From positions 66,159 to 130,158 of the forward strand of contig NZ_CANMSY010000008.1 in NCBI RefSeq assembly GCF_947500705.1: a DNA stretch of 64,000 bases. The letters are read 5' to 3'. Source of the DNA: an uncultured Brachybacterium sp. Lineage in GTDB: Bacteria; Actinomycetota; Actinomycetes; Actinomycetales; Dermabacteraceae. The stretch's first letter is position 1. Every line of letters starts with the position of its first letter. The notes under the pieces were generated by a model. That model was not told where the DNA came from, searched no databases, and worked only from the letters and a program-made list of their open reading frames with translations. Shown piece by piece: positions 1-9,903 of this stretch. A program made the translations under genes and the position numbers.

Positions 1-292
1 GCATATGCGGATCCCGCAGCGCGTAGTCGATGCCCGTCTTGAGCGCCGCGCCCTGTCCCATGTTGTAGGGGTGGCGGACGACCACCGCGCCTGCCTGCTC
101 GGCGATCCTCGCCGAGTCGTCCAGGCTGCCGTCGTCCACGCAGACGACCAACGGGTACCGGGTGCGCAGGGCGCGGATGACATCGCCCACGACCTGCCCC
201 TCGTTGAACAGCGGGACCACGAACCAGGTCGTGTCAGCTCCCGGGGAGGCAGGTGCGACGGGCTCCTCGTGCGCAGGATCGGACGTGCTCAA
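1..292 (-). CDS. GT2 glycosyltransferase, polyprenol-phosphate sugar synthase (PpgS/DPM-synthase-like); 5' part only, runs off the window
   Basis: Manual translation from TTG at 292 with SD GAAGGAG: ..TWFVVPLFNEGQVVGDVIRALR..VCVDDGSLDDS..VVRHPYNMGQGAALKTGIDYAL. Confidence 0.85.
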   Translation of the reverse strand, partial: MSTSDPAHEEPVAPASPGADTTWFVVPLFNEGQVVGDVIRALRTRYPLVVCVDDGSLDDSARIAEQAGAVVVRHPYNMGQGAALKTGIDYALRDPHM

Positions 293-459
293 GGGCTCTC
301 CTTCTGGGGTGCCGGGCGGACGTGAGAACACCGACGGCGCGATGGCGCGGGATGCAGGTTCCAGAACGGCCGATGAGGATACCCTGTCACGGTGGGCCGC
401 CCCTGGTGGTCATCGACGCGCACGCGGCACCGAGAGGTGCCCCACGAGGAGGAACCGAG

Positions 460-1785
460 TTGAAGACTGCTGTTGTCGCCCTGGGGAAGATCGGCCTGCC
501 GCTTGCGGTGCAGTTCGCGGATTCCGGTCATGAGGTGATCGGGGTCGATGTGAACCCCCGCCAGGTCGAACTGATCAATGCCGCGACCGAGCCGTTCCCG
601 GGTGAGGCGCACCTGCAGGAGAAGCTCTCCGAGCTGGTCCCTGCAGGGAAGCTGAAGGCCACCACCGACTACGCCGAGGCGATCCCGAGCGCGGACGCGA
701 TCGTGATCGTGGTGCCGCTGTTCGTGAACGACGCCACCTGGGAGCCGGACTTCGCGTGGATGGACGCCGCGACCCGCTCCCTGGCCGAGCATCTCACCCC
801 CGGGACCCTCGTCTCCTACGAGACGACCCTGCCGGTGGGGACGCTGCGCACCCGCTTCGTGCCGATGATCGAGGAGATCTCCGGCTTGAAGGAATCTGTC
901 GACTTCTTCGCGGTGTTCTCCCCCGAGCGGGTCCTGACCGGGCGCGTGTTCGAGGACCTGCGCAAGTACCCCAAGCTGATCGGTGCGCTCAGCGAGGCCG
1001 GCACCACCCGGGCCCGCGAGTTCTACGAGTCCGCGCTCCAGTTCGATGAGCGTCCCGACCTGAACAAGCCCAACGGCGTGTGGGACCTCGGCTCTCCCGA
1101 GGCGTCCGAGCTGGCGAAGCTCGCGGAGACCACCTACCGCGACGTGAACATCGGCCTCGCCAACGAGTTCGCGCTGTTCGCCCAGGACAACGGCATCGAC
1201 GTCTACAAGGTCATCGAGGCGTCGAACTCGCAGCCCTACTCCCACATCCACCAGCCCGGCATCGCCGTGGGCGGGCACTGCATCCCCGTCTACCCGCGGC
1301 TGTACCTCTCCACCGATCAGCACGCGGAGACAGTCCGCACCGCCCGCACCCTGAACGCGTCGGTCCCGGGCAAGCTCGTGGACCGTGCCGCGAACCTCCT
1401 CGGCTCGCTCACGGGGCTGAAGGCCGTGGTGCTCGGTGCCTCGTATCGCACCGGGGTGAAGGAGACCGCGTTCTCCGGCGTGTTCCCCGTGGTCGAGGCG
1501 CTGCGCACGCACGGCGCCGAGGTCGCGGTCCACGACACCTACTACGACGACACCGAGATCGAGGACTTCGGCTGGGCGCCGTACCACCTCGGCGAGGCGG
1601 CGGACCTCGTGATCGTCCAGACCAACCATCCCGAGTACAAGGACCTCACCGCCGCGGACGTGCCCGGGATCAAGCTCATCGTGGACGGCCGCAACATCAC
1701 CACCGCCGAGAACTGGAAGGGCACCCCCCGCCTCGTCCTCGGCGACGGCTCCGCCTCCACCCACCAGCAGACCGACCAGGCCTGA
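460..1785 (+). CDS. Nucleotide-sugar 6-dehydrogenase (UDP-GlcNAc/UDP-ManNAc dehydrogenase, WbpA/WecC family)
   Basis: TTG start after SD GAGGAGG; Rossmann VVALGKIGLP; PERV, KLAETTYRDVNIGLANE and GIAVGGHCIP motifs. Confidence 0.9.
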   Translation: MKTAVVALGKIGLPLAVQFADSGHEVIGVDVNPRQVELINAATEPFPGEAHLQEKLSELVPAGKLKATTDYAEAIPSADAIVIVVPLFVNDATWEPDFAWMDAATRSLAEHLTPGTLVSYETTLPVGTLRTRFVPMIEEISGLKESVDFFAVFSPERVLTGRVFEDLRKYPKLIGALSEAGTTRAREFYESALQFDERPDLNKPNGVWDLGSPEASELAKLAETTYRDVNIGLANEFALFAQDNGIDVYKVIEASNSQPYSHIHQPGIAVGGHCIPVYPRLYLSTDQHAETVRTARTLNASVPGKLVDRAANLLGSLTGLKAVVLGASYRTGVKETAFSGVFPVVEALRTHGAEVAVHDTYYDDTEIEDFGWAPYHLGEAADLVIVQTNHPEYKDLTAADVPGIKLIVDGRNITTAENWKGTPRLVLGDGSASTHQQTDQA

Positions 1786-1789
1786 ACCG

Positions 1790-2212
1790 ATGGGTGAGCA
1801 GGAGCTGATCCTCAGCCTGGGCCCGACCCTGGTCTCCAATCGCACCTTCATCATCCAGCTGCTGCTGGTGGTGGGGATCGTGGTGATCGTCGGCTGGCTG
1901 TTCATGAAGCGAGGCGCGAAGCAGCTCGCCGTGCGCCGCCTGCTGATCCTCGCCTTCGCCGTCTTCGCCGTGGCCGCCGTGCTCTTCCCCGGGGTGCTCA
2001 CCAGCGTCGCCCATCTGGTGGGGGTGGGCCGCGGCGCCGACCTGCTGCTGTACGCGACCGTGCTGGTGCTGCTGGGGTTCCTCGCCCTGCAGGAGGCTCG
2101 GACGAAGGCCGCGGAGAAGCGCACGACCTATCTGGCGCGGCGCCTGGCGCTCGATGAGGCCGAACAGCCCCTGAAGTATCGCGAGCGCATGCTCCCGCGC
2201 CACAAGGAATGA
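1790..2212 (+). CDS. DUF2304-like small membrane protein (Rv3632-like partner of PpgS-type GT2)
   Basis: Three hydrophobic segments; GVGRGADLLLY motif; C-terminal EKRTTYLARRLAL helix. Confidence 0.75.
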   Translation: MGEQELILSLGPTLVSNRTFIIQLLLVVGIVVIVGWLFMKRGAKQLAVRRLLILAFAVFAVAAVLFPGVLTSVAHLVGVGRGADLLLYATVLVLLGFLALQEARTKAAEKRTTYLARRLALDEAEQPLKYRERMLPRHKE

Positions 2213-4149
2213 CCGAACTGATTCAGCTGCTCGTCACGATCATCATCGTGCTGGCCGCGGCGTACCTGCCCGGGTACGCCGCGGCCAGAGCTCTTGGCGG
2301 GTCACGGCTGCTGGCGCTCGGCCTGGCCCCCGCCCTCGGAGCCGCGATCGCCGGTATGAGCGCCGTGATCGCCCCCTTGGTCGGTCTGCGCTGGTCGCTG
2401 CTGCCGTTCCTGCTCGGAAGCGCCATCGCGATCGCGTTGGCCTACGGGCTGAGGCGACTCGGGGTGCGTCTTCCCGGCACGGTGCTCGACGGGCCACTGT
2501 CCTCGCGCCGGATCATCCCCGGCGGCGCGGCCTGGCTCACGGGCGCCCTGGCCGTGGCGATCGTGCCGATCGCTGTCCAGGCCGGCCGGCCGGATGCGGT
2601 GCTCGAACGCTGGGACACGCTCTACCATCTCTCGGCCCTCCAGCGAATCCGCGAGACCGGCACGGCTTCGAGCCTGGCGGTCGGCTCGGTCTCGAACTCG
2701 ACCGGGGACCCCACGGCGTACCCCGCCGGGTTCCATGCATTGGCCTCCCTGGTGCCCGGCGTCGAGATCCCGAACATGCTCAACGGCGCCGTGCTGGCGC
2801 TGGCGGTCCTGCCCTGGGTGCTGGGGACCGCGCTCTTGTCCCGTGCTCTGTTCCCCCAGGTGGCCTGGGCTCCCTTCGCCTCTGCGATGGTCGCGGCGCT
2901 CATCCCCGCGACCCCGGTGGACCTCGCGATCCACCTCTCTCCCATTCCGAACCTCAGCGGGTTCGCCGCCCTTCCCGGGGCGCTGGCCGCCGCCGCTGCG
3001 CTCTGGGGTGCCCTGCTGCCTCGGCTCACCGAGCCCGAGGGCCCGCGCACCCCGCCGCTGTGGAAGGCGGCAATGGCGGCGACAGCGGCGGTGGGTCTCG
3101 CCGGACTCGGGCTGGGCCTGCTGCACCCCAATGTCGCCGTGACCGCGCTGCTCCTGCTCGCGGTGCTCACTGCGGTGACCGGTGCCCGGTGCTGGCGCAA
3201 CCACCCGGGTCTGCTCGTCCTTCCCGTGGCCGCGCTGCTGCCTGTCGCGCTTCTGACGTACACGCCGATGGGTGCCAAGGTGACCGGCTTCTCCGGAGGG
3301 CTCCAGATCCCCTGGTGGACGGCGCTCGGGGAGATCCTGCTGGGCCTTCTCACCGTGTGGCCCATGGCGCTCGGAGTGGTGATCGCTGTGCTGTGGTGGC
3401 CGGGTCTGGTCACGTCGTTCCGCAGCTCGAGTCGCTGGGTGGGCGTCGCCTGGGTGGTGATCGCCGCGATCTACCTCGACGCCGCTCTCGACTCCCCATT
3501 GAACCTCTCGATCCTCTACTACCGCGGACAGGACCGGCTCTCGATGCCCCTGGCGATGCTCTCGGCCGTGCTGATCGTTCCTGGTCTGCAGTGGTGGTCC
3601 CGGAAGCTGCGGACCAGGACCATCGGCGCTCCACGCCCCGCCCTGGCCCGTCCTCTGGTCAGTGCGCTCGTCGTCGTGGCCGCCGTCGTGACCCTGGCCT
3701 CGGTCCCCGCGCGCAGTGATAACGCGGCGAAGAATCTCGCCGCGGAGTACCCGGGTCGAGGCCGGTTCCTCCAGGCCGATGAGCGCGCGATGTTCGAGCA
3801 GCACGTCCCCCTGCTCGACCCTGACGCGACGGTGCTTGCCAGTCCGTTCTCGGGCGCCGCACACCTCTACGCCCTCTACGGGCAGGATGTGCACTTCACC
3901 GTCGCCGGGATGTCGGGACGAGATCTCGACACCCAGCTCCTGACTGCCGCGACGCTCGCTGCGACCTCGCCCGAGCACTGCCAGCTGCTTCAGGGCGCGG
4001 GCATCGGGTACATCTACACCGAACTGACCCCGTACAACAATTCCCCCGAGTTCGCCGTACTGAACGAGGTGGGATCGGAGATCGGAGACGTCGTGTTCGA
4101 GACCTCCCATTCACGGCTGCTCGCGGTCGACTGTGATGCAGATGTCTGA
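2209..4149 (+). CDS. DUF6541-like polytopic membrane protein (putative GT-C glycosyltransferase)
   Basis: Many TM segments, loop motif WDTLYH, C-terminal soluble domain; ATGA overlap with the upstream gene. Confidence 0.7.
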   Translation: MTELIQLLVTIIIVLAAAYLPGYAAARALGGSRLLALGLAPALGAAIAGMSAVIAPLVGLRWSLLPFLLGSAIAIALAYGLRRLGVRLPGTVLDGPLSSRRIIPGGAAWLTGALAVAIVPIAVQAGRPDAVLERWDTLYHLSALQRIRETGTASSLAVGSVSNSTGDPTAYPAGFHALASLVPGVEIPNMLNGAVLALAVLPWVLGTALLSRALFPQVAWAPFASAMVAALIPATPVDLAIHLSPIPNLSGFAALPGALAAAAALWGALLPRLTEPEGPRTPPLWKAAMAATAAVGLAGLGLGLLHPNVAVTALLLLAVLTAVTGARCWRNHPGLLVLPVAALLPVALLTYTPMGAKVTGFSGGLQIPWWTALGEILLGLLTVWPMALGVVIAVLWWPGLVTSFRSSSRWVGVAWVVIAAIYLDAALDSPLNLSILYYRGQDRLSMPLAMLSAVLIVPGLQWWSRKLRTRTIGAPRPALARPLVSALVVVAAVVTLASVPARSDNAAKNLAAEYPGRGRFLQADERAMFEQHVPLLDPDATVLASPFSGAAHLYALYGQDVHFTVAGMSGRDLDTQLLTAATLAATSPEHCQLLQGAGIGYIYTELTPYNNSPEFAVLNEVGSEIGDVVFETSHSRLLAVDCDADV

Positions 4150-5215
4150 TCCCCGCCCGCAGCGCACGTATCTCCCCTTCCTCGATGTGACCCGAGTCCT
4201 CGCGGTGCTGGGGGTCGTGGCGATCCACGTCGTCGGAGGCGGAGTGAGCAGCGGCCAGGTCGGCCTCTCCGTGATCACCCTCGACATGGCTCTCGTGATC
4301 GCCGTCCCGGTGTTCTTCATGATGGCCGGTGCCCTCAGCCTCGATCCCCGCGCGCATCACCAGGGACCCCTCGTCTTCCTCCGCAAGCGGGCGATCCGGA
4401 TCGTCCCGGCCATGGTGGTCTGGTCGGCCTTCTACATCGTCGTGATCCGCACCATGGTCTCCAGACATCCGGTCTCCGTTCTCGACGTGCTCGACCTGGT
4501 GGTGAGCGGGCAGACCTACACCCACCTCTACTTCCTGTTCGCCATCGCCGGGCTCTACCTCGTCGCGCCCGTCCTGCAGGCGTTCCTCGCCGGGAACGAG
4601 GAGGTCCGCGCCTGGGTGCTCGGACTCGTCGCCTGCTTGTGGACCGTTGGTGTGATGGCCATCGGACAGGCCGGGCAGATGGGCGTCGGCCACTCTGTAC
4701 CACTCCAGGCGGGGACGGCGACCTTCTTCCTCCTGTACACCGGGTACTTCGTGCTCGGCCGCGCCTTCCTGGTACGGCCGATCCCGCGCTGGGCCGCCGT
4801 CGTGGGACTGGCCACGGTGCCGGGATTCATCGCGCTGGTGACCTGGCTGTACGTCGCCTCGAAGCGCGCCGCGGAAGATGGCACCCCGGATCTGTGGTTC
4901 TCCGTACTCGCTCCGAGCTACGTCTCCCTGCCGGTGGTGGTCTACGCGATCGTCCTGATGGCCTCGATCTCGAGCCTGTGCCGCGGCTGGAGGGTCTCGG
5001 AACGGATGGAACGCCTTCTGCGGACCGTCGGCAACGCCACCTTCGGGATCTTCCTCGTCCACTTCGCCGCGCTCGTGGTGCTGCGGGAGCTGTTCCCTGC
5101 GCTCTCGCCGTACACCCCCGGCGCGATGGTCGGGGCCTGGGCGCTGACGGTCGCCGTGTCAACTCTCCTCGCTCTCGTGGGTCAGCGCATCCCACTGCTC
5201 CGACTGATCTTCTGA
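4133..5215 (+). CDS. Acyltransferase family 3 (glycan O-acyltransferase); start may be 4142
   Basis: LDVTRVLAVLGVVAIH, VPVFFMMAG, KRAIRI, HLYFL and TFGIFLVH motifs; about 10 TM segments. Confidence 0.85.
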   Translation: MMQMSDPRPQRTYLPFLDVTRVLAVLGVVAIHVVGGGVSSGQVGLSVITLDMALVIAVPVFFMMAGALSLDPRAHHQGPLVFLRKRAIRIVPAMVVWSAFYIVVIRTMVSRHPVSVLDVLDLVVSGQTYTHLYFLFAIAGLYLVAPVLQAFLAGNEEVRAWVLGLVACLWTVGVMAIGQAGQMGVGHSVPLQAGTATFFLLYTGYFVLGRAFLVRPIPRWAAVVGLATVPGFIALVTWLYVASKRAAEDGTPDLWFSVLAPSYVSLPVVVYAIVLMASISSLCRGWRVSERMERLLRTVGNATFGIFLVHFAALVVLRELFPALSPYTPGAMVGAWALTVAVSTLLALVGQRIPLLRLIF

Positions 5216-5270
5216 CGTCCCCGAGGGTCCGGTGCCGGAGCCCTATGGGATCGATCGGGTCATGAACGGG

Positions 5271-6470
5271 TCACGGGCGCCGCACGCTCTCGAGCACGGC
5301 GCGGGCGCCTTTCGCGGCACAGCCCGCGAGGGACGCGTTCTCCACGGTCCACTGCCGCAGATGCTCCGGGGAGAGGTTCCCTTCGCCGCGCAGTGCCGAC
5401 TCCATCGCCTCGGCGACGGACTCCGCGTCATGGTCACAGGCCCAACCGAGGGAGTTGGCCCGGATCCGATCGAATGCGGCGCCCTCCCCCGCGTGGATGA
5501 CGGGGGTGCCGGTGGCGGTGGCGGCATAGATCTTGGTGGGCAGCGCAAATTCGTAACCCTGCTCAGGAGTGATGGAGGACAGACCGGCGACCGCCCCGCG
5601 AAGATGAGCGGCCACCTGGGCGGCAGGGATCTTGTCGCGGAACTCGATACCGGCGATGCCCTCCTCCCGCACCCTCTGCTCGAGCATGTCGCGCCCGCTG
5701 CCTTCGGAGAAGAACAGCAGCCGCGCATCGGGGTGCGTGGCGCGCACCCGGGCGAAGGCATCGACGAACACGCCCGCACCCTGCCATTCCGACACAGTGC
5801 CCGCGTACACGAAGTACTGCCCCTGCTCTCCCCCGTCGGGCCCTTCCGGGGTGAACATTCCGGTGTCGATTCCGTTGCCGACCATGACCAGGTTCGGCCT
5901 GCTCCCGATTAGCTCCTCGACGCGGTGCTGCACGCCCGGTGAGATGGTCAGCACCCTTGCGGCGCGCTTCCACACCGTGGTTTCCGACACGCGCAGCAGC
6001 CGGCTCACGATCGAGGGCACTCCCTCGACGCTGTCCACCGCATCGGACCAGACGTCCGCCGCATAGTAGGTGTACGGCACCCGCCGGATCGCCGCGGCGA
6101 CCAATCCCACGGCCCCGGTGGTGGGCGGCGGCTCAAGCACGAGCGCGTCCATCCGGCGCTGCAGCATCAGCCGCAGCGCGAGCGGGATGTCAAAGCTGAG
6201 GTACGAGAGGTACCCGCGGACCTGACCCTGCTGGTCCCGTTTGACCGGCCAGCGTGAGACGTGCCGCTCCCGTGAACGGACTTTCCCGGTACCCGGGGCA
6301 GTGCTGGTGAGCACCGTGACCTCCGCCCCGGCTCGCTCGAGGGCGAGGACCAGTGCTTCCTGGCGGAACGCTGCCGCGACAGGCTCAGGTGAGAAGAGAC
6401 GGGTTGCGACGACGACATGCAGAGGGCGATCTGCGCCACGGCGTCGTGGGGTGCGGGACCGGGGTGACAT
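5271..6470 (-). CDS. Glycosyltransferase family 4
   Basis: RLFSPE, YYAADVWSD, NGID, YAGTVSEWQG and ALPTKIYAATATGTP GT-B motifs; TGATG overlap with the epimerase. Confidence 0.85.
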   Translation of the reverse strand: MSPRSRTPRRRGADRPLHVVVATRLFSPEPVAAAFRQEALVLALERAGAEVTVLTSTAPGTGKVRSRERHVSRWPVKRDQQGQVRGYLSYLSFDIPLALRLMLQRRMDALVLEPPPTTGAVGLVAAAIRRVPYTYYAADVWSDAVDSVEGVPSIVSRLLRVSETTVWKRAARVLTISPGVQHRVEELIGSRPNLVMVGNGIDTGMFTPEGPDGGEQGQYFVYAGTVSEWQGAGVFVDAFARVRATHPDARLLFFSEGSGRDMLEQRVREEGIAGIEFRDKIPAAQVAAHLRGAVAGLSSITPEQGYEFALPTKIYAATATGTPVIHAGEGAAFDRIRANSLGWACDHDAESVAEAMESALRGEGNLSPEHLRQWTVENASLAGCAAKGARAVLESVRRP

Positions 6471-7534
6471 CAGGCGCGCTCGAGCAGTGCGTCGACGCTC
6501 CGCTCGGCAGCCTTCCCGTCCCCGTAGTAGGGGGGCTGATCAGCCGTGGGTCGGACGCGGGTCACGGCCGCGGGGAGTTCGGAGGGATCGGACACCAGTC
6601 GGTTCCAGTCGTTCTCGAGGGTCTCGACCCATTCCGTCTCCGTGCGCACGGTGGAGCAGGGGGTGCCCAGGAGGTACGCCTCCTTCTGCAGACCGCCGGA
6701 GTCGGTGACCACCGCGCTCGCGGAGTTCACGGCGTTGATGAGATCCGGGTAGGCGAGGGGGGCACCGACGTGGACAGCACCTGCTGCCAGGTTGATGCCC
6801 GCCTCCTTCGCCTTGGCGACGAGCCGCGGGTGCGCGAACAGCGCGAGCGGGATGTCGAGGGCTTGGAGCGCGGCGACGATCGCCCGCAGGCGCGCGGGGT
6901 CGTCAGTGTTATCGGCCCGGTGGATGGTGGCGACGGCGAACTCACCGGAGGGGTCGATACCCTCCGGCAGCGCGAGCGGCGTGCCCTCGACGGAGGCGGC
7001 GACGCGCAGGCAGACATCGGTCATCACGTCACCGGTGACCAGGGTGCGCTCGGCGAGGCCCTCCGATGCGAGGTGCAGTCGGGCAACCTCGGTGGGGGCC
7101 AGCAGCAGGTCCGCGGCATGGTCGGTGAGCACGCGATTGTGCTCCTCGGGCATGCGCCGGTTGAAGGAGCGCAGTCCGGCCTCGAGGTGCGCGACCTTCA
7201 GGTGCATCTTCACCGCGGAGAGGGTTCCGGCCAGGGTGGAGTTGGTGTCGCCGTAGACGAGCGTCCAGTCCGGCCGGTGCTCCTCGAGCACCTCGTCCAT
7301 GCCGGCGAGCATCGCACCGGTCTGACGGCCATGGGAGCCGGAGCCGACGGCGAGGTTGACGTCCGGGGCGGGGATCCTCAGATCGGCGAAGAAGACGTCG
7401 CTCATGGCGGCGTCGTAATGCTGACCGGTGTGGACGATGACGTGTTCGACATCGTCACGCTTCGCGGCGGCATCCGCGATGGCGGCGAGCTTGACGAACT
7501 GTGGGCGCGCGCCCACGACGGACAGGATCTTCAT
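6470..7534 (-). CDS. wecB: Non-hydrolysing UDP-HexNAc 2-epimerase (WecB/WbpI family)
   Basis: MKILSVVGARPQFVK, HTGQHYD, VYGDTNST, HLEAGLRS, PEEHNR and TDSGGLQKEA. Confidence 0.93.
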   Translation of the reverse strand: MKILSVVGARPQFVKLAAIADAAAKRDDVEHVIVHTGQHYDAAMSDVFFADLRIPAPDVNLAVGSGSHGRQTGAMLAGMDEVLEEHRPDWTLVYGDTNSTLAGTLSAVKMHLKVAHLEAGLRSFNRRMPEEHNRVLTDHAADLLLAPTEVARLHLASEGLAERTLVTGDVMTDVCLRVAASVEGTPLALPEGIDPSGEFAVATIHRADNTDDPARLRAIVAALQALDIPLALFAHPRLVAKAKEAGINLAAGAVHVGAPLAYPDLINAVNSASAVVTDSGGLQKEAYLLGTPCSTVRTETEWVETLENDWNRLVSDPSELPAAVTRVRPTADQPPYYGDGKAAERSVDALLERA

Positions 7535-7706
7535 GAGGTCTCCACGGAAATTCGAGGTCGGGACCGGAGTTCCGGCCACGGGCGCGACGACGGCCAATGC
7601 GCGTTCCACTGTAACCGCCCGCTCCGTGAGACCGGTCTCGACGCGCTAGGCTCGGTCGCGGATGAGCCGCAGGTCGCGGGGCATCGCAGCGAGGGAAGGA
7701 CCGTCC

Positions 7707-8825
7707 GTGAGAATCACTGCCGTCAGTGCTTGGTTCCCGACCACCGACGCGCCGAGCAGGGGCTCGTTCGTGGTGAGGGATGTGCTCTCCATCGCCCGTC
7801 ACCACGACGTCCGCGTCGTGCACCTCGTCCCGGAACAGGATGACGACGGCACTCGTCGGCTCGTGAAGGAGGGCATCGAGGTGCTGCGCATACCGATGAC
7901 CCCGTCCAAGCCCCTGTCCGTTCTGCGCGCCGCCCGTGCCGTGCGCGCCGCCCTCGAGGGTACGGACCTAGTCCACACGATGGCTTTTCCCACACTCCTC
8001 CCCTTCAGCGTGCCGGGCCTCTCCGCTGTTCCCGCCGGCGCCTCCTGGGTGCACACGGAGCACTGGTCCGCCCTCTCGACGCCGAGCAGCCTCACAGCGA
8101 CCGTCCGCCCCGCGCTGCCTCTGCTGACCCGGCTGCTTCGTGGGCCCGACCGGGTGACCTCGGTGTGCGAGTTCCTGGCAGCTCCCATCCGACAGGTCCG
8201 CGGCGAGCGCCCCGTCGATATCGTGCCCTGCATCGTGAATCCGCATCCGGTGTCCGCCCGACGGGACCGCTCCGACGGGGCCCTGCGCCTGGTCTCCACC
8301 GGTGGCCTGATCCCCCGCAAGGACCCCCTGGTCGCCGTGGAGACCGTGGCGGAGCTCGTCTCCCGGGGCGTCGATGCGCATCTGGTCTGGTTGGGTGAGG
8401 GCCCACTGCGGGAGGACACGTTGGCGAAAGCCCGTTCCCTGGGCGTCCAGGAGCGCGTATCCCTGCCCGGGTCCGTGGACGGCCAGGGGGTGATCGATGC
8501 CCTCGGTGCGGCCGACGTCTTCTTCGGTCCCACCCGCGCTGACAACTTCTTCGTCTCCGCCGCCGAGGCGATCGTCGCCGGTCGCCCCGTGGTCCTGGGG
8601 GCCACGGGAGGCCAGGGCGAGTACGTCCGGGACGAGGTCGGCGTGCTCGTGGCCGACCAGGACCCGACGCTGTACGCGGAGGCGCTGATCGATCTGGATG
8701 AGCGCACCCGTCATCTGTCGGCGGAGACGATCGCCGGGACGATCGGCGACGCGTTCTCCACCGAGACGGTCGGTGCCGGTTACGACTCCGTGTACCGCCG
8801 CCTGGAGGTCAGCGCAGGGAGGTGA
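7707..8825 (+). CDS. Glycosyltransferase family 4
   Basis: GTG start after SD GGAAGGA; SAWFP..GSFV, HTEHWS, GGLIPRKDP and NFFVSAAEAIVAGRPVV. Confidence 0.8.
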   Translation: MRITAVSAWFPTTDAPSRGSFVVRDVLSIARHHDVRVVHLVPEQDDDGTRRLVKEGIEVLRIPMTPSKPLSVLRAARAVRAALEGTDLVHTMAFPTLLPFSVPGLSAVPAGASWVHTEHWSALSTPSSLTATVRPALPLLTRLLRGPDRVTSVCEFLAAPIRQVRGERPVDIVPCIVNPHPVSARRDRSDGALRLVSTGGLIPRKDPLVAVETVAELVSRGVDAHLVWLGEGPLREDTLAKARSLGVQERVSLPGSVDGQGVIDALGAADVFFGPTRADNFFVSAAEAIVAGRPVVLGATGGQGEYVRDEVGVLVADQDPTLYAEALIDLDERTRHLSAETIAGTIGDAFSTETVGAGYDSVYRRLEVSAGR

Positions 8826-9903
8826 GGTCGTCCGCGACCTGTCGGGCGCGAGCGGTCCACGTGTGATCGCCGCGGCCCTCGACCACCGCCCGCCGGGCGG
8901 ACTCGAGCCCGGCCGGGTCCTCGCGCAGCCGCGTGAGCGCAGCAGCGACGTCGTCCGTGCCGTACGGGGTCTCCCAGCCGAAGCCGGCCTGCGTGACCGT
9001 GCTCGCCGCGAGGGTCCCTGCACTGATCAGGACCGGCTTGCCATGCCCCAGGTACTCATAGAGCTTGATCGGTGCCGCGAAGTCCCGGTACTCGGCCGGC
9101 TCCACCACGAGGGTGCAGACGTCCGCCCGTGCGAACAGCGGCTCGAGCTCCGGGCCCCGACGGTGGACGATCTCCACTGACTCGCTGAGCAGGGGCTCAT
9201 ATTCGCGGCGCACTGACTCCCACGAGCCCTCCGGCGTGCACAGGATCAGCTCGACGCCGTCGACCCGGCCGACGGCCTCGATCAGCGCGTGCATCCGGTA
9301 GTACTCGCTGATGTTTCCGACGTACAGCAGCGTGACGGTGCCGTCCGTCCGCGGAGCGCGCGGGATGTCGACGATCGTGCCGCCGGGCGGGAGCGGCCGC
9401 GCCGTCCGGGGGTCGATGTGCGGCACGTACGCGGCCATCGCGTCCGACGGCAGGTAGAACCGGTCCACGAGGCGAGCCATGAGCAGGAGCTCCGCGTGGT
9501 AGAGGGTCTTGGTGCCGTAGCCGACCAGCTTCGGGACGCTCGCGTCATAGGCCGGGAAGCGCCAGTACACATCGCGGTAGAAGAACCCCGTGGGGATCCC
9601 CTGCCTGTCCATGAGGCGCAGCAGCTCCAGATCCACGAGCGGGTGCGTGGGCAGATGGTGGGATTCGGTGAGCAGCGTGGGCATCGTGGAGCTCTCACCG
9701 TAGGCGAAGTCGATCCGGGCCCCGTCCTCGATCCTCCGGCGCAGCGCACGCAGACGCTGCGAGCGCTCGGCTCCGGTGCCGACGACATCGAGCACCTCGT
9801 AGCCAAGATCGCGGAACGCCTGCAGCATGCGCGGCGGACGCGCCGACGACCCCGTTCCCCCGGTGACGACCGGGTACGGGGCGTGGAAGACCATCGTCGA
9901 CAT
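8809..9903 (-). CDS. Glycosyltransferase (GT-B/GT4-like)
   Basis: FFYRDVYW, LLYVGNIS and APIKLYEYLGHGKPV. Confidence 0.8.
   Translation of the reverse strand: MSTMVFHAPYPVVTGGTGSSARPPRMLQAFRDLGYEVLDVVGTGAERSQRLRALRRRIEDGARIDFAYGESSTMPTLLTESHHLPTHPLVDLELLRLMDRQGIPTGFFYRDVYWRFPAYDASVPKLVGYGTKTLYHAELLLMARLVDRFYLPSDAMAAYVPHIDPRTARPLPPGGTIVDIPRAPRTDGTVTLLYVGNISEYYRMHALIEAVGRVDGVELILCTPEGSWESVRREYEPLLSESVEIVHRRGPELEPLFARADVCTLVVEPAEYRDFAAPIKLYEYLGHGKPVLISAGTLAASTVTQAGFGWETPYGTDDVAAALTRLREDPAGLESARRAVVEGRGDHTWTARARQVADDLTSLR

Noticed and set aside
289-2124. Long antisense ORFs (also 2302-4110, 14525-16270, 34429-36396, 38883-40529, 48779-50869, 55883-57553 and others)
   Set aside because: Shadow frames of real high-GC genes; no motifs or RBS, and stop codons are scarce at this GC content
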